Shown here one piece after another: positions 39,470 through 51,097 of a DNA stretch of 64,000 nucleotides (the stretch's first letter is position 1; each line of letters starts with the position of its first letter). The translations under genes and the position numbers were made by a program. Source of the stretch: Azolla caroliniana (lineage: Eukaryota > Plantae > Polypodiophyta); NCBI GenBank assembly GCA_043228905.1, contig JBHGNT010000016.1, forward strand, positions 6,820,001 to 6,884,000, written 5' to 3'. The notes under the pieces were generated by a model. The model did not search any database. It had not been told where the DNA came from and was given only the letters and a program-made list of their open reading frames with translations.

Positions 39470-41211
39470 AGCTGTCAGATGCACTCCAAAGTCCGACACC
39501 GGGACGAGCTTCACCCTACATACCCTCCGGCCATCCACTTCAAATGGATTGTAGATTTGGTGACAATGCCGATGGGCGTAGGGCAGATGCGATATTTGGT
39601 GCTGGCTCGGGAGGACCTGACGAACCAGGTGGAAGGCAGAGCCCTATAGAACAAAATGACCACGGCCGTGTGTCGGTTCCTGATCGAGGACGTGATATGC
39701 CGATACGGGTGCGTCGGAAAAATCGTGGCTGACCGCCGGGAGTTGGACGCCGAAGAGGCCGAGGAGCTGTTCAACCGGTTAGGGGTCAAGCTCTCGCTCA
39801 CCACAACGTACAATCCAGAGGCGAACGGGAAGGTGGAGCGCGGGCACGGACCAATCGTCAAAGCGCTAGTCTGGGAGTGCGGAGGACAGGTTGGGAACTG
39901 GCCACGACTGCTACCCTATGCCTTGTGGGCGGACCGGACAACGCACAGTTCGGTAACCGGGTTCATGCCGTCAGAGCTCATGTTCGGACAGAATCCGATC
40001 ATGCCGATGGAACGGACGATCTCCTCTTGGGCGACAGTAGACTGGAGAGACGAGATGAGTCGGGAAGAACTGCTAGCGGCGCGTATATGGCAGCTCGAGC
40101 GGAGGCCAGAGGACGTGGAACGAGCGGCAGAGAGACTTCGGACGGCGAGGATGAAGAACAAAGCCCGGTTCGACCGAACGCACCGGCTTAGACCAAAGAA
40201 AATCGAGGAAGGCGACTGGGTGCTAGTCTACGACAACAGCCTCGACAACTAGCACCGAGCAACACAGAAGTTTGCAAAGCGGTGGTTCGGGCCTTACGTG
40301 GTAACGAGCGCCAACGACAACGGGACGTATCACGTGGCGGAACTCGACGGTACGAGGATGACGATACCGGTAGCGGGGAAGCGGATCAAAGCGTTCAAGA
40401 AGCGCCACGACGGCGAACCGGATCTAAGAGGCCTGGACAACGACGATGATCAGTCCGAGACGGAGGACGAATCGATGGATGAGGAACCGGAACCCGGACC
40501 GGTTTTTTCCAACCAGAACCCAATTTTGGCGCATACCGGTGGATGCGTGGTTAGGTGGGGGCGGATGTCGTGAAGAAAACCGTCCCTTGGCGCAATCGGT
40601 GCATAACGCGTGTGAACCGGCTCTTCATGTGTGCACACCCTTAATGTATATAATAGGGAATTAAGTACATAGGCATATCCGGGGTAGTTAGATTTGGTAG
40701 GTAGGAAGTAAATGAGGGAGACGACTCCCTTCCTGAAGCTATAAAAGAGAGGGAGACGCAGGGGAGAGGGATCGCGCATTGAGGAGGACGAAGTGCTGTC
40801 GGATCGTAACCGAACGCTTGTCCTCTGTCTGTTCTCTATTGCTCTTCTCTGTAGATTTCGGGAGGCTCGCGCTGCTTCGAGGAACGCCCGGGTGCTTCTG
40901 GCAGCACCTCCATCCTATCCCCTTTACGTGCGCAGACGATCAGGCATGGACATCTGTTCGCCGGCTTGTTAGGTTGTAACCACTCGCGTGCTCTGTTGTG
41001 TACTTGTTATTCGTTAATATACAAACACTTGTCTCCCTGTCTCTGTGTCCATTCACGTCTTCTGTGTTGACAGGCCGTGCCCCTATGTTTCTTTGCTCAT
41101 ACGTGACCGAGCGTCTCTCTCTTTCTCTTTCCCCTTCTATCACCTGCTCTTCGGTTCAAGACCCCGGTGGTCCTGCCTCGTTTCTCCACGCACGCGCGTA
41201 GTAACGCGACA
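39470..41211 (+). mobile_element. 3' fragment of a Trp-family Gypsy element (integrase plus 3' LTR)
   Basis: Integrase core (VADRREL, YNPEANGKVERG, WFGPY), LTR 40566-41211, right flank CCGG. Confidence 0.9.
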
Positions 41212-42741
41212 CCGGGTCCGAGAAACTATTAGGCTCCCTTTGTTGAACTTCATGACACCATTCCGGATGCTACCCGTGTAGCCTTCATCATCTAGCCGAT
41301 CAGCTGATATCAGGTTCAGCCGAACCTCTGGAATGTGTTAGACATCCTTCACCAGCAACTTGCATCTGGTCGATGTTGTCAACAACACATTTCCTATGCC
41401 CATAAGTCGGCATGTCCCTTCATTCCCCATCTGGACACAACCGTGCTCACCGGCTGTGTAGGATGAGAAGCATTTCCGGTCCGGGGTCAGGTGGAACGAT
41501 GCTCCGGAATCGAAGCCCATGTTGTCTCGTCGCTGGCAAGGTTCAACTCACTCTCCTCGGTGATGAGCATCAACCCTTCTTCACTTGCCGTGATTGCCAT
41601 CGTTCCCTTCCGGTCCGGTCCCCTCTGATCTTTACCGTTCCAATCGGGTGACCGCTTCGAATCGGTACTGTTGGTTTCCTTGTCTTTTCCGAAGTGCCGA
41701 CAGTTCTTCTGGAAGTGTCCCAGCTTGCCGCAATAGAAGCAAGTAGGCCTCCCCCTTGACTTTGACCATGTCCCTGACTTTTCCCGGTTCTGGGGACTAC
41801 GGTTCCTTTATCTTCCGCGTTCCGATTCGGTAAGGAGCGCTTTGGAGTCGGAGATCGTATCTTTGTTTTTCCGACTCACCTTCTCATCTAGCAAGCTCGA
41901 CTTGACTCTTGCTAGGGATAACTGTTTTCCTTCCAGCCCGGCGTTGCCCAAAGTGACAACTAACGTCTCCCAGCTATCCGGGAGGGAACCGAGTAGGAGT
42001 AGTGTTAGTACCTCATCGGCTAGAGGTACTTCCAACGATGTTGCCTAGTGAATCAGCCCCTGGAAGGCATTCATGTGCTCCACCATACTAGAGAGCCGTC
42101 TTGGTACCGGAGCCTCACTAGCTTCCGAAATACTGAAACCCGATTAACAACATTTTTGTTCTGAAACATAATGCCGATCTTCTCCCAGAGTTCATGAGCC
42201 TTGCTCTCTTCATTGAAGTTGTTGTACAAGCTCATGTCGATGAAGCACTGGATGTAAGTTGTTGTCTTCATGTGCATCACCTCCCACACCGTGGCGTCGA
42301 TCTTATCCGGTCTCTTGTCCCCGAACTGAACCGGCAACCAAAGATCTTTCACCACGAGCATGTCCCTCATCTTCAACTTCCACACTGAGTAGTTGGAGCT
42401 GGTGAGCTTGAACATGCCTCCAAACGAATCTTCCATTTCCGTTTCGCTCTGATACTAGTTTGTAGAGAATATGCGGAATAATCTTCGGCCACAACCAAGA
42501 CTTAATGACTTAATGATAATCAAACACAGATGAAATGAGAAATGGAAGTAAGTACACAAATAGAAGAGAATGCACAGGATGTTAACATGGAAAACCCTAA
42601 ACGGGTAAAACCACAGGAGCCCACAGACTCCGAACTATCACTATGTAAGGAGAATACAATAGGGGAACACAGAGGCAACGACCTCGTGATCTCAATCTTC
42701 GCCTGGCGGCGATTACGACAGAGACTCACTCACTCACTCAC

Positions 42742-42790
<49 letters not shown>

Positions 42791-45700
42791 ATACTACGCT
42801 TTGTACAACAGTTACACCAATAACACTATACAAAGTAATGACAACACAATGATACTAATATCACACTCTGTTTTCCCTAGGTCACATTTATACTAATATG
42901 AAATTAGGACTATTTACAGCTATAACCCCAATGGGCTCTCATAAACATATTTCCATATATGTCCCTTCATCCGGTGAGAGGTTCTCACCGGGCCTGCGTC
43001 ATCCGGTTCTCACTGGGTCTTCCTTACTGGGTACTCAATCATCTGGTTCTCACCGGGTCTGCATCATCCGGTTCTCACCGGGCCTTCATCATCCCATCCG
43101 AAGGGACCGAGATCCTAACATAACCAACACATCCCAATACATAATCATGTTATGTATATCTTCATAGATTATCTATTCACGTTCTAAGAGTTTTTAGAAT
43201 GTTCTAGAAGTAGAAGGTTCAAGAGGGTTCTAGAGGGTTCTAGAATATTCTCTAAAATATTCTCAAGAATATTCTAACACATGTACTTCAACTCAGAGTA
43301 TAAATACTTGTAACCTCCTTGGTCCCTTTTAAGGGATTCAACACGAGTCATTGACACATCAATCTAGTCGCTCACATCGGTTCGTGTTTTCAATGAGGAC
43401 CGCACATGGTCGCTCACTCCAGCTATTGTTCGTGTTCTAGATCCTGGCGAGGACCGACATGGTCGCTCACACCTGCTGTTGTTCATGTTCCAATTCCTGG
43501 TGAGGACCATACATGGTCGCTCACGTCCGTTGGTGTTCGTGTTCCAACTCTCGTCGAGGACTGACATGGTCTCTCACGTCTGTTGGTGTTTGTGTTTCCA
43601 GTGATGACAACACATGGTTTCTCACACCCACCACTTTCCGTTCACCTCTACACCGTGCTTTCGAAAAGGCAGCCGTAAAGGGGAGGATAATGTCACAGAC
43701 ATGATAATAGTTATTTCAAGATTTCAACTTTGGACCTCTTGTATTATAGTCAAGTGTTATATTGTAACCAACACATCCAAGTACATAAAGTGTCTCGTCG
43801 GTGAACCGGTGTCCTATGCCGGCTGGATCTTGCAAACTGGGATCGGTCGCGACCCCTTTCATCTACTCCCAACTATCCTTTGGTAAGAGAGCCTTGACTG
43901 GCCTCACCTTCCGGTCCACAATCTTGTACTTAGTCTCCACTCGGGCGGTCCGATCCGACCCGACAATCCTCCTGAAGTTCGCAATGACTTCGTACATATC
44001 AACCAAACCGACTGGAATAATCTGGTCTTCATGCAGATCCTCTTCGACTACCCTCTCGATCTCCTCGAGGGTGTCACCAAATGAGACCGCCTCAACAACA
44101 CCACCGATCTCTTCGTTCCTGTCCTGGACACACCAACCGCGGTCTGGATGGAGTGCGGATTATGGGGCTATGAGCGAAGATCGATGGGGCTGGCTTCTTA
44201 TTGCTAGTGGAGGAGGACCGATTTTGGAGGATGCTCAAAAGGCATGGAAAAGCCTTCGTATTCTTTCCGAGGGAGATCGGATGCATTGACCTGACAATCA
44301 TAGAACCGATGGTGATCTTCACGGTATTGCATGTTCCATGGAGTCTCAAACCGATTCTAGTGCCGTGGGCTCACATCCCAAAGTTGATGGAGCTGCTCAA
44401 GCAAATGGTGGAGATGGGTATTCTCGAACCGTCAATTGCCCCATATTCGAATAAGTGGTTTATGATGCCGAAGAAGAATGGCACGCTGCGCTTTATATAG
44501 GACCTTCAACCCGTCAACAAAGTGACAATCCGAAATGCAGGAGTCAGACCGACCATCGATGAGCAAAGTATTGAGTGAGTGCATCCCGAACCTCACCATG
44601 CTGTTTTTGGATGACATCCCGATCAAGGGATGGCTGGAGGACGCAAAGGACGAGTCGATGGGAGTGAATGGGTGCCAGAGATTTGTTGTGGACCACATCA
44701 CCAATTGCGAGAAGATACTGTAGAGGCTTGAGGGTGCTCGACTTACCTTCTTTGCGGCGAAGTCGGCTTTTGGGCAATTAGAGATCCTGGTGGTCGGACA
44801 CTTATGTGGACCATATGGTCGAAAACTGTCTTCGGCGAAGGTAGAGGCCATCTCGGCGATGAAGGAAAAATGCATGCCGGTCACAAAAGTCCAACGGTTC
44901 TTGGGAGCGTGCGCCTTTTACCACATATGGATCCCACACTACACGCACATTGCTGAGCCACTCTACAACTTGTTGAAGAAATGACGGAAATTCGAATGGG
45001 GCAAGGAACACACAGAGGCGGTCCGGAGGTTGAAGGAGATGCTGACGACGGCACCGGTTCTCCGGAAAACGGTGTACAAGGCGGACACTCTAGTGTACAT
45101 GACGGTCGACACGAGTTCGACCGGAAATGGGTGGGTGGTCAGGTCAATCAGGAGAATGAAATCAACATGCGGTACCCCATCCGGTTCGGTGTGAAGATAT
45201 TAAGGGAGCGACAACGAGGATATTGCCCAAGTTAAACGAGAACTGTGGGGTATCATTTCAGTGGTCAAGGCTTATAAAGATTATTTGATCGGGATGGAGG
45301 TAATCATAGAGATGGGCTGCTTACCGATTCTCGGTATGGATCCGGATGAGAAACTTCGGACCTGGCGATGCTGAGGTGGATCGTGTACATCAAGTCCTTG
45401 AATCCGGAGATACGACGCATCTCTGGAAAGGAAAACACCATGGACGATATGCTTTCGAGAGCACGGTTCGAGAACAAGGAAAACATGGTGTCGGAAGACA
45501 ACGAAATCAACGTGAACTTCTTAGAGTCTGCTCGAATGTCGGCAAACAAACGAAGCACTCCGGCCCTGAACGAGTTCGATGAGGACGGTTACGACGGGGA
45601 GTGGCTTCAAATCGGGCGATTCCTAAGCACGATGGAGCCATATGTGACGTGGACAAAGGAGGAAGCGGGACGGATTCGGAAGAAGGCTTACTGGTTCCTC

Positions 45701-47024
45701 CTAAGGGACGGTAAGATATGGCGATATTCGAAGAAGCGGACCGGCACACCACTCCGGGTGGTGGTGAAAGGGGAGGAACAATCGGTGCTCGTGTCGGATT
45801 TTCATGAAAGCCCCTGGTCCGGACACTCGGGCACATGGGTCACGTTCGAGAAGCTAAAGGAGAAGTATTGGTGGCCGGGAACGTATCTTGACGTGCACTA
45901 GTACATGCGAGAACTGTTAGATGCATTCCAGAATCTGGCACCGTGACGAGCTGCACCCGACCTACCCGCCGAACATTCACTTTAAGTGGATAATCGATTT
46001 AGTGATGATGCCGATGGGGGTAGGGCAAATGCGATGCCTGGTGCTTGCACGGGAGGACCTGAAAAACCTGGTGGAGGGCCGAGTGTTGCCGTATAAGACA
46101 ACCGCAGCTGTGTGCTGGTTCTTGATCGAGGATGTGATCTGCCGGTATGGGTGCGTAGGAAAGATCGTGTCTGACCGAGGGGAGTTGGACACGTAAGAAG
46201 CCGAGGAGCTATTCGACCGACTAGGGGTCAAGATTTCCCTCACGACGGCGTACAATCTGGAAACCAAGGGAAGGTCGAGCACATGCACGGGCCGATTGTG
46301 AAAGCATTGGTAAGGGCGTGTGACAGACGGGTTCGAAACTAGCCGAGATTACTTCCTTATGCTTTGTGGGCCGATCGAACTACGAACAGTTTGGTGACCA
46401 AGTACATGCTGACGAAACTTATGTTCGGGCAGAAGTCGATCATGCCGGTAGAGCAGACAATCTCTTCGTGGATGGCGCCTGATTGGACGGAGGAAATGAG
46501 CCACGAGTAGTTGTTGGCTGCGTGGATCCAACAGCTCGAGCGAAGGGAACGAGCAACGACGAGAGTGGAGGAAGCACAGAAGAGGAACAAGGGCCGGTTC
46601 GACCGGTCGCACCGGCTCCAGCCAGGGAAGATTGAGGAAGGCGACTGGGTACTGGTTTACGAGAGCAGCCTCGACCCGAAAATTTGCGAGACGGTGGTTT
46701 GGACCTTTCGTGGTAACGAGCATGAATGATAATGCAACATAAGACCTGGCGGAGCTCGACGGGACAAGAATTGCAATACCAGTTGAGGGGAAACGGACCA
46801 AGGCCTTCAAGAAACGGTATGAAGTGGATCTGGATTCAGAGATTGACGATAGAAGCACCAGTGGGGGCGATGAGTCGGATGAAGACCAGACCGATGACGG
46901 ATCAGGGAGGGATGAGTGAAGAGTAAAATAGAATCCCCACCGCTTCACTAATTGGCACATGCCGAAGGATATGCGGTTTGGTGGGGGTGGATGTCGTGAG
47001 GAATTCCGGCTACTAGGAGAAAAG

Positions 47025-48005
47025 TGTTGGGAAACAGGTTCTTCGGATGGGATCTAGATGAGAACTGGACGAGCTGGATCAGACAAGACGAAGGAAGGAA
47101 CCAGACCAAATGGATCCGGAAGGTATCTGGATATCGGATTGAATGGATCCGGAAGGAGTCCGGCCAGATCCAATATGAACCAACAAATAGGAACATATTA
47201 GTAAATATGTGCAGACGTGACCGTTGAGGTCATATTTGTAAATAGCCCCAAAATTATATGAGTATAAATATAACTAGGGAAATACTATTATGAGTGATCA
47301 TTCATTATAGTTGTTGCTATTATCCTTGTTGTACAGATAGAGAGATAGAGAGAAAGAGAGAGAGAGAAAGAGAGAGAGAGATACAAAAAGTCGTTTCTGT
47401 CTATAACCGCAGGTTGGCGAAGATAAAGACCTCGAGGTCGTTGCCTTTGAGACGCTTACTGTAATACCTCCTCCCTATAGTGATCCTGTGTCGTCTTATT
47501 TTTTGTGTTAATATTTTGTGTCGTTGCCTTTGAGAAGCTTGGTTTTTCCATGTTAATATTTTGTGTCGTCTTATTTTTTGTTTCTTCGATTGTGATTGAG
47601 ACTCCCGATTAGGGTTTTCCATGTTAATATTCTGTGTCATCTTATTTTTTGTTTCTTTAATTGTGATTGAGACTCGGTTGTGGCCGACCACTATTTCATC
47701 ACAAACTAGTATCAAAGCATGGAATATCCGTTCGGCGGCATGTTCAAGCTCACCGGCTCCAACTACCCAGTGTGGAAGTCGAAGATGAGGGACATGTTGG
47801 TGGTCAAAGATCTCTGGTTGCTGGTATAGTTTGGAGACAAATGACTAGATAAAGTCAATGCCGCGAACTGTGAGGTGATGCATATGAAGACGACAACATA
47901 CATAAGATGCTTCATCGACATGAGCCTATACAAAAACTTCAACGAAGACAATAAGGCTCATGTGCTATGGGAGAAAATCAGTACCATGCTGGAGAGTAGA
48001 AATGA
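47025..48005 (+). mobile_element. 5' fragment of a Copia element (LTR, PBS, gag start)
   Basis: LTR 47025-47703, degenerate Met PBS 47707-47718, gag MEYPFGGMFKLTGSNY from 47719. Confidence 0.85.
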
Positions 48006-48170
48006 TGTCGTGTTGTTCCGCTCGCGTGAGAGAGATTAAGGCGGGACTGCGGGGGCCTTGAACCGAGGAATAACCGAATAGAGGGAGGAGCGACGCAGGA
48101 ACAATGGTCGAGCCACACACACACTCAAATACACAGAGCTCGCAACTGATTCGACAACGAAAAACAAGAC

Positions 48171-48211
<41 letters not shown>

Positions 48212-51097
48212 TAGGGTTACAACCGGCAAGCCGGTGAGCGACAACGCTCTAACACTTGCACGCACACACAGAAACGCGAGATGGAGACTCTACCGGAAGC
48301 ACTCGGGCTTTCCACAAAGTAGAAGCAGCTTCCCGAAAACATGCAAACAACAACAACAGAGAAAGACAGAGGAGAAGAGCTCGGTCCCAGTCCGTGATCA
48401 CTTCGTCCTCCCCAGAACGCGATGCCGACTCTGCCCTTTTCCCTCTCTTTTATAGCCCAAGGAGGGAAAGACGTCACAACTGGTCACACCACCATTATTC
48501 TTTGTCCTTTCGGACAGAGATACTCCTCGATTTCCTACCTAATGAATACGCGCTACCTAGGATATTCGCATTAGTCGGTCTGTACCTAACTATGTACAAT
48601 ACATCAAAATTTGTGCCCGCGTGTAAGGGCCGATTCACGCACACTATTCCCGGATTCCGCCTCGGGATGGTTTTCTTCTCGACATCCGTCCCCACCAAAC
48701 CGTGCATGCACCAGTATGCGCCAACTAGTCCTTAGCCAGAGAAAACTGGCCCGCTCTCATCCTTCGTTCTCCAAATCATCGTCCTCCCCGATTGGGTCGT
48801 CACTGTCATCCACGCTCTTTGGGCCCGATTTGTCCTCATGCCGCTTCTTGAACGCCTTGATCCTCTTCCCGGCCAGCGGCATGGCTATCCTCGTTCCGTC
48901 GAGCTCCGCGAGTTGGTAGGTGCCGTTGTCGTTGGCGCTTGTCACCGCATAAGGCCCGAACCACCTCCTCGCAAATTTCCACATTGCCTTGTGCTGGTTG
49001 TTGAGGCTGTTGTCATAGACCAAAACCCAGTCGCCTTCCTCAATTTTCTTCGGTCGCAACCGGTGAGTCCGGTCGAACCGGCCTTTCTTCCTTTCGCTTG
49101 CCGCATGCAGCTTCGCCTTTGCCTGCTCCACGTCCTCCAGTCTTCGCTTGAGTTGCCGAATCCGCGCCGAGAGTAGCTCTTCTCGGCTCATCTTGTCTCT
49201 CCAGTCCATCATAGCCCATGAGGAGATTGTCCGTCCATCGTAGCCCATACATCAGCTCCGCCGGCATGAATCCGGTTACCGAACTATGCGTAGTTCGGTC
49301 TGCCCATAACGCGTATGGTCGAAGCCACGGCCAGTTCCCAACTTGTCCTCCACATGCCCGCACCAACGCTTTTACGATCGACCCCGGCCCACGCTCCACC
49401 TTCCCGTTAACCTACGGGTTGTACGCTGTAGTGAGGGAGAGCCTAACCCCTCACTGATCAAACAACTCTTCGGCCTCTTGCGCGTCCAGTTCTCCCCGAT
49501 CAGCTACGATCTTCCCTACGCACCCATACCGGCATACCACCTCTTCGATCAGGAACCGGCACACGACCGCAATCGTCTTCTTCTGTAATGCGCGACCCTC
49601 CATCTGGTTCATCAGGTCATCTCATGCTAGCACCAGGTACCGCATCTGCTCTACCCCCATCGACATCATCACTAGATCCACCATCCACTTGAAGTGGACG
49701 GTTGGCGGGTAAGTCAGGTGCAGTTCGTCCCGATGTCGGATTATGGAGTGCATCTGGTAGCTTTTACAAGTCGTCATGAACTTATGCATGTCCCGGTATA
49801 CTCCCGACCACCAGTACTTCTCCTTCAGCTTCTCGAATGTGGCCCATGTCCCGCGATGTCCGGCCCAAGGACTCTCATGGTACGCCGTCAGCAATGCCTC
49901 ATTCTCTTCCTTCCTCGCCACTACCCAGAGTGGGACACCGTCTCGCTTCTTGGGGTGCTTCCATATGCTTCCATCCTGTAGGAAGAATCGGTATGCTTTC
50001 TTCCGGATCCAATTAGCCTCTTCCTTTGTCCACGTTGTGTCCGTCGTCATCGTCTTCCGGAACCCGCCGATCTGGAGCCACTCCCCGTCGAACTCGTTAA
50101 GCGCCGGAGTGCTCCCTATTCTCGTTGAACCTAGAGTTCGCGTTTAACCTGGGCGTATACTTGTTGTCACTCGCTAAGTACTTTCACACCAAACCGGATG
50201 GGGAACCTTGCACCGTTCTCATTCTCCTGGTTGATCACCCATCCTATCCCAGTTGGACTCGTGTCTATAGTTACAAAAATTGGAACATCCTTTCCGTAAA
50301 CCGCTTTCCGGAGCTCCGGTGCCGCGGCAAGCGCTTCCTTCAGTTTTTGGACCGATTCCATATGCTCCCTGTTCCACTTGAATTTGCGCCCTTTCTTCAA
50401 CAACCCATAGAGTGGCTCCGCAATGTGGGCGTAATGCGGGATCCAGATGTGGTAGAATGCGCAAGCTCCCAAGAACCACCAGACTTCTGTAATCGACTTA
50501 CAGTCTTCCTTCATCGCGGAGATGGCTTCTAACTTGGTTGGAGACGGTTTCCGGCCATAAGGCCCACATAGGTGTCCGACGACCATGATTTCCAATTGTC
50601 TGAAAGCCAATTTCTCCCCGGAGAAGGTGAGGTGCGCGCCCTCCAACCTTTATAGCACCTTCTCGCAGTTGCCAATGTGGTTCGCAACGAATTTCCAACA
50701 CTTGTTCGAGCCGATCGTTTTGTCCCTATCTTCCACCGGACATCCCTTGATCGGGATGTCATCCAAGAAGGGCATGGTAATGTCCGGGATACAGTCTCTT
50801 AGCACCTTATTCATCGCATTCACCATGTGCACTACCGAGTTCGTCCCTCCTTGCGGAAGGGTACACATCTGCACTAGGCCGAGGGGAATCCGCATCGTCG
50901 TAATATCCCTGCTCTCTACGGCTAATTGGAATTGGTCGTATCCCGAGTACAGATCCCGACAGAGTAAATCGACCTTCCGGCAAAGGACTCCGCGAACTCG
51001 TCAATGGTTGGTCTGATTTCGGCGTTCCGAATTGTCACCTTGTTGACCGGCTATAGTTTCTGAATGAAGCGCAACATGCCATTCTTCTTCGGCACGG

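Larger units (their letters stand above)
32867..43120 (-). mobile_element. Ty1/Copia element (Tnt1/Tto1-like) with nested Gypsy insertions
   Basis: LTRs 32867-33413 and 42461-43120, TSD TAACC (32862-32866 and 43121-43125), degenerate Met PBS 42446-42457. Gag/PR 41216-42436, INT/RT/RH 33430-35600. Confidence 0.93.
32788..43790 (+). mobile_element. TRIM-like non-coding element split by a Copia insertion
   Basis: LTR1 comprises 32788-32866 plus 43126 to about 43356. Internal region about 330 bp with about 60-bp tandem repeats. PPT AAAGGGGAGGATAA precedes LTR2, which starts TGTCACAGAC at 43691 and is truncated near 43790. Confidence 0.6.
28891..47024 (+). mobile_element. Old Trp-primed Gypsy element fragmented by nested insertions
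   Basis: LTR end 28891-28964, PBS 28969-28986, gag 28990-29319, gag-PR 31849-32609, frameshift site at 32600, pol 32610-32787, inverted pol segment 43791-44120, RT-RH-INT 44170-46920, 3' LTR start 46992-47024. That these pieces are one element is inferred from collinearity. Confidence 0.7.

Noticed and set aside
43364-43630. CRISPR-like appearance of regularly spaced repeats (also 9840-10160)
   Set aside because: Intervening sequences are similar to each other rather than unique spacers; no cas genes; eukaryotic TE context.
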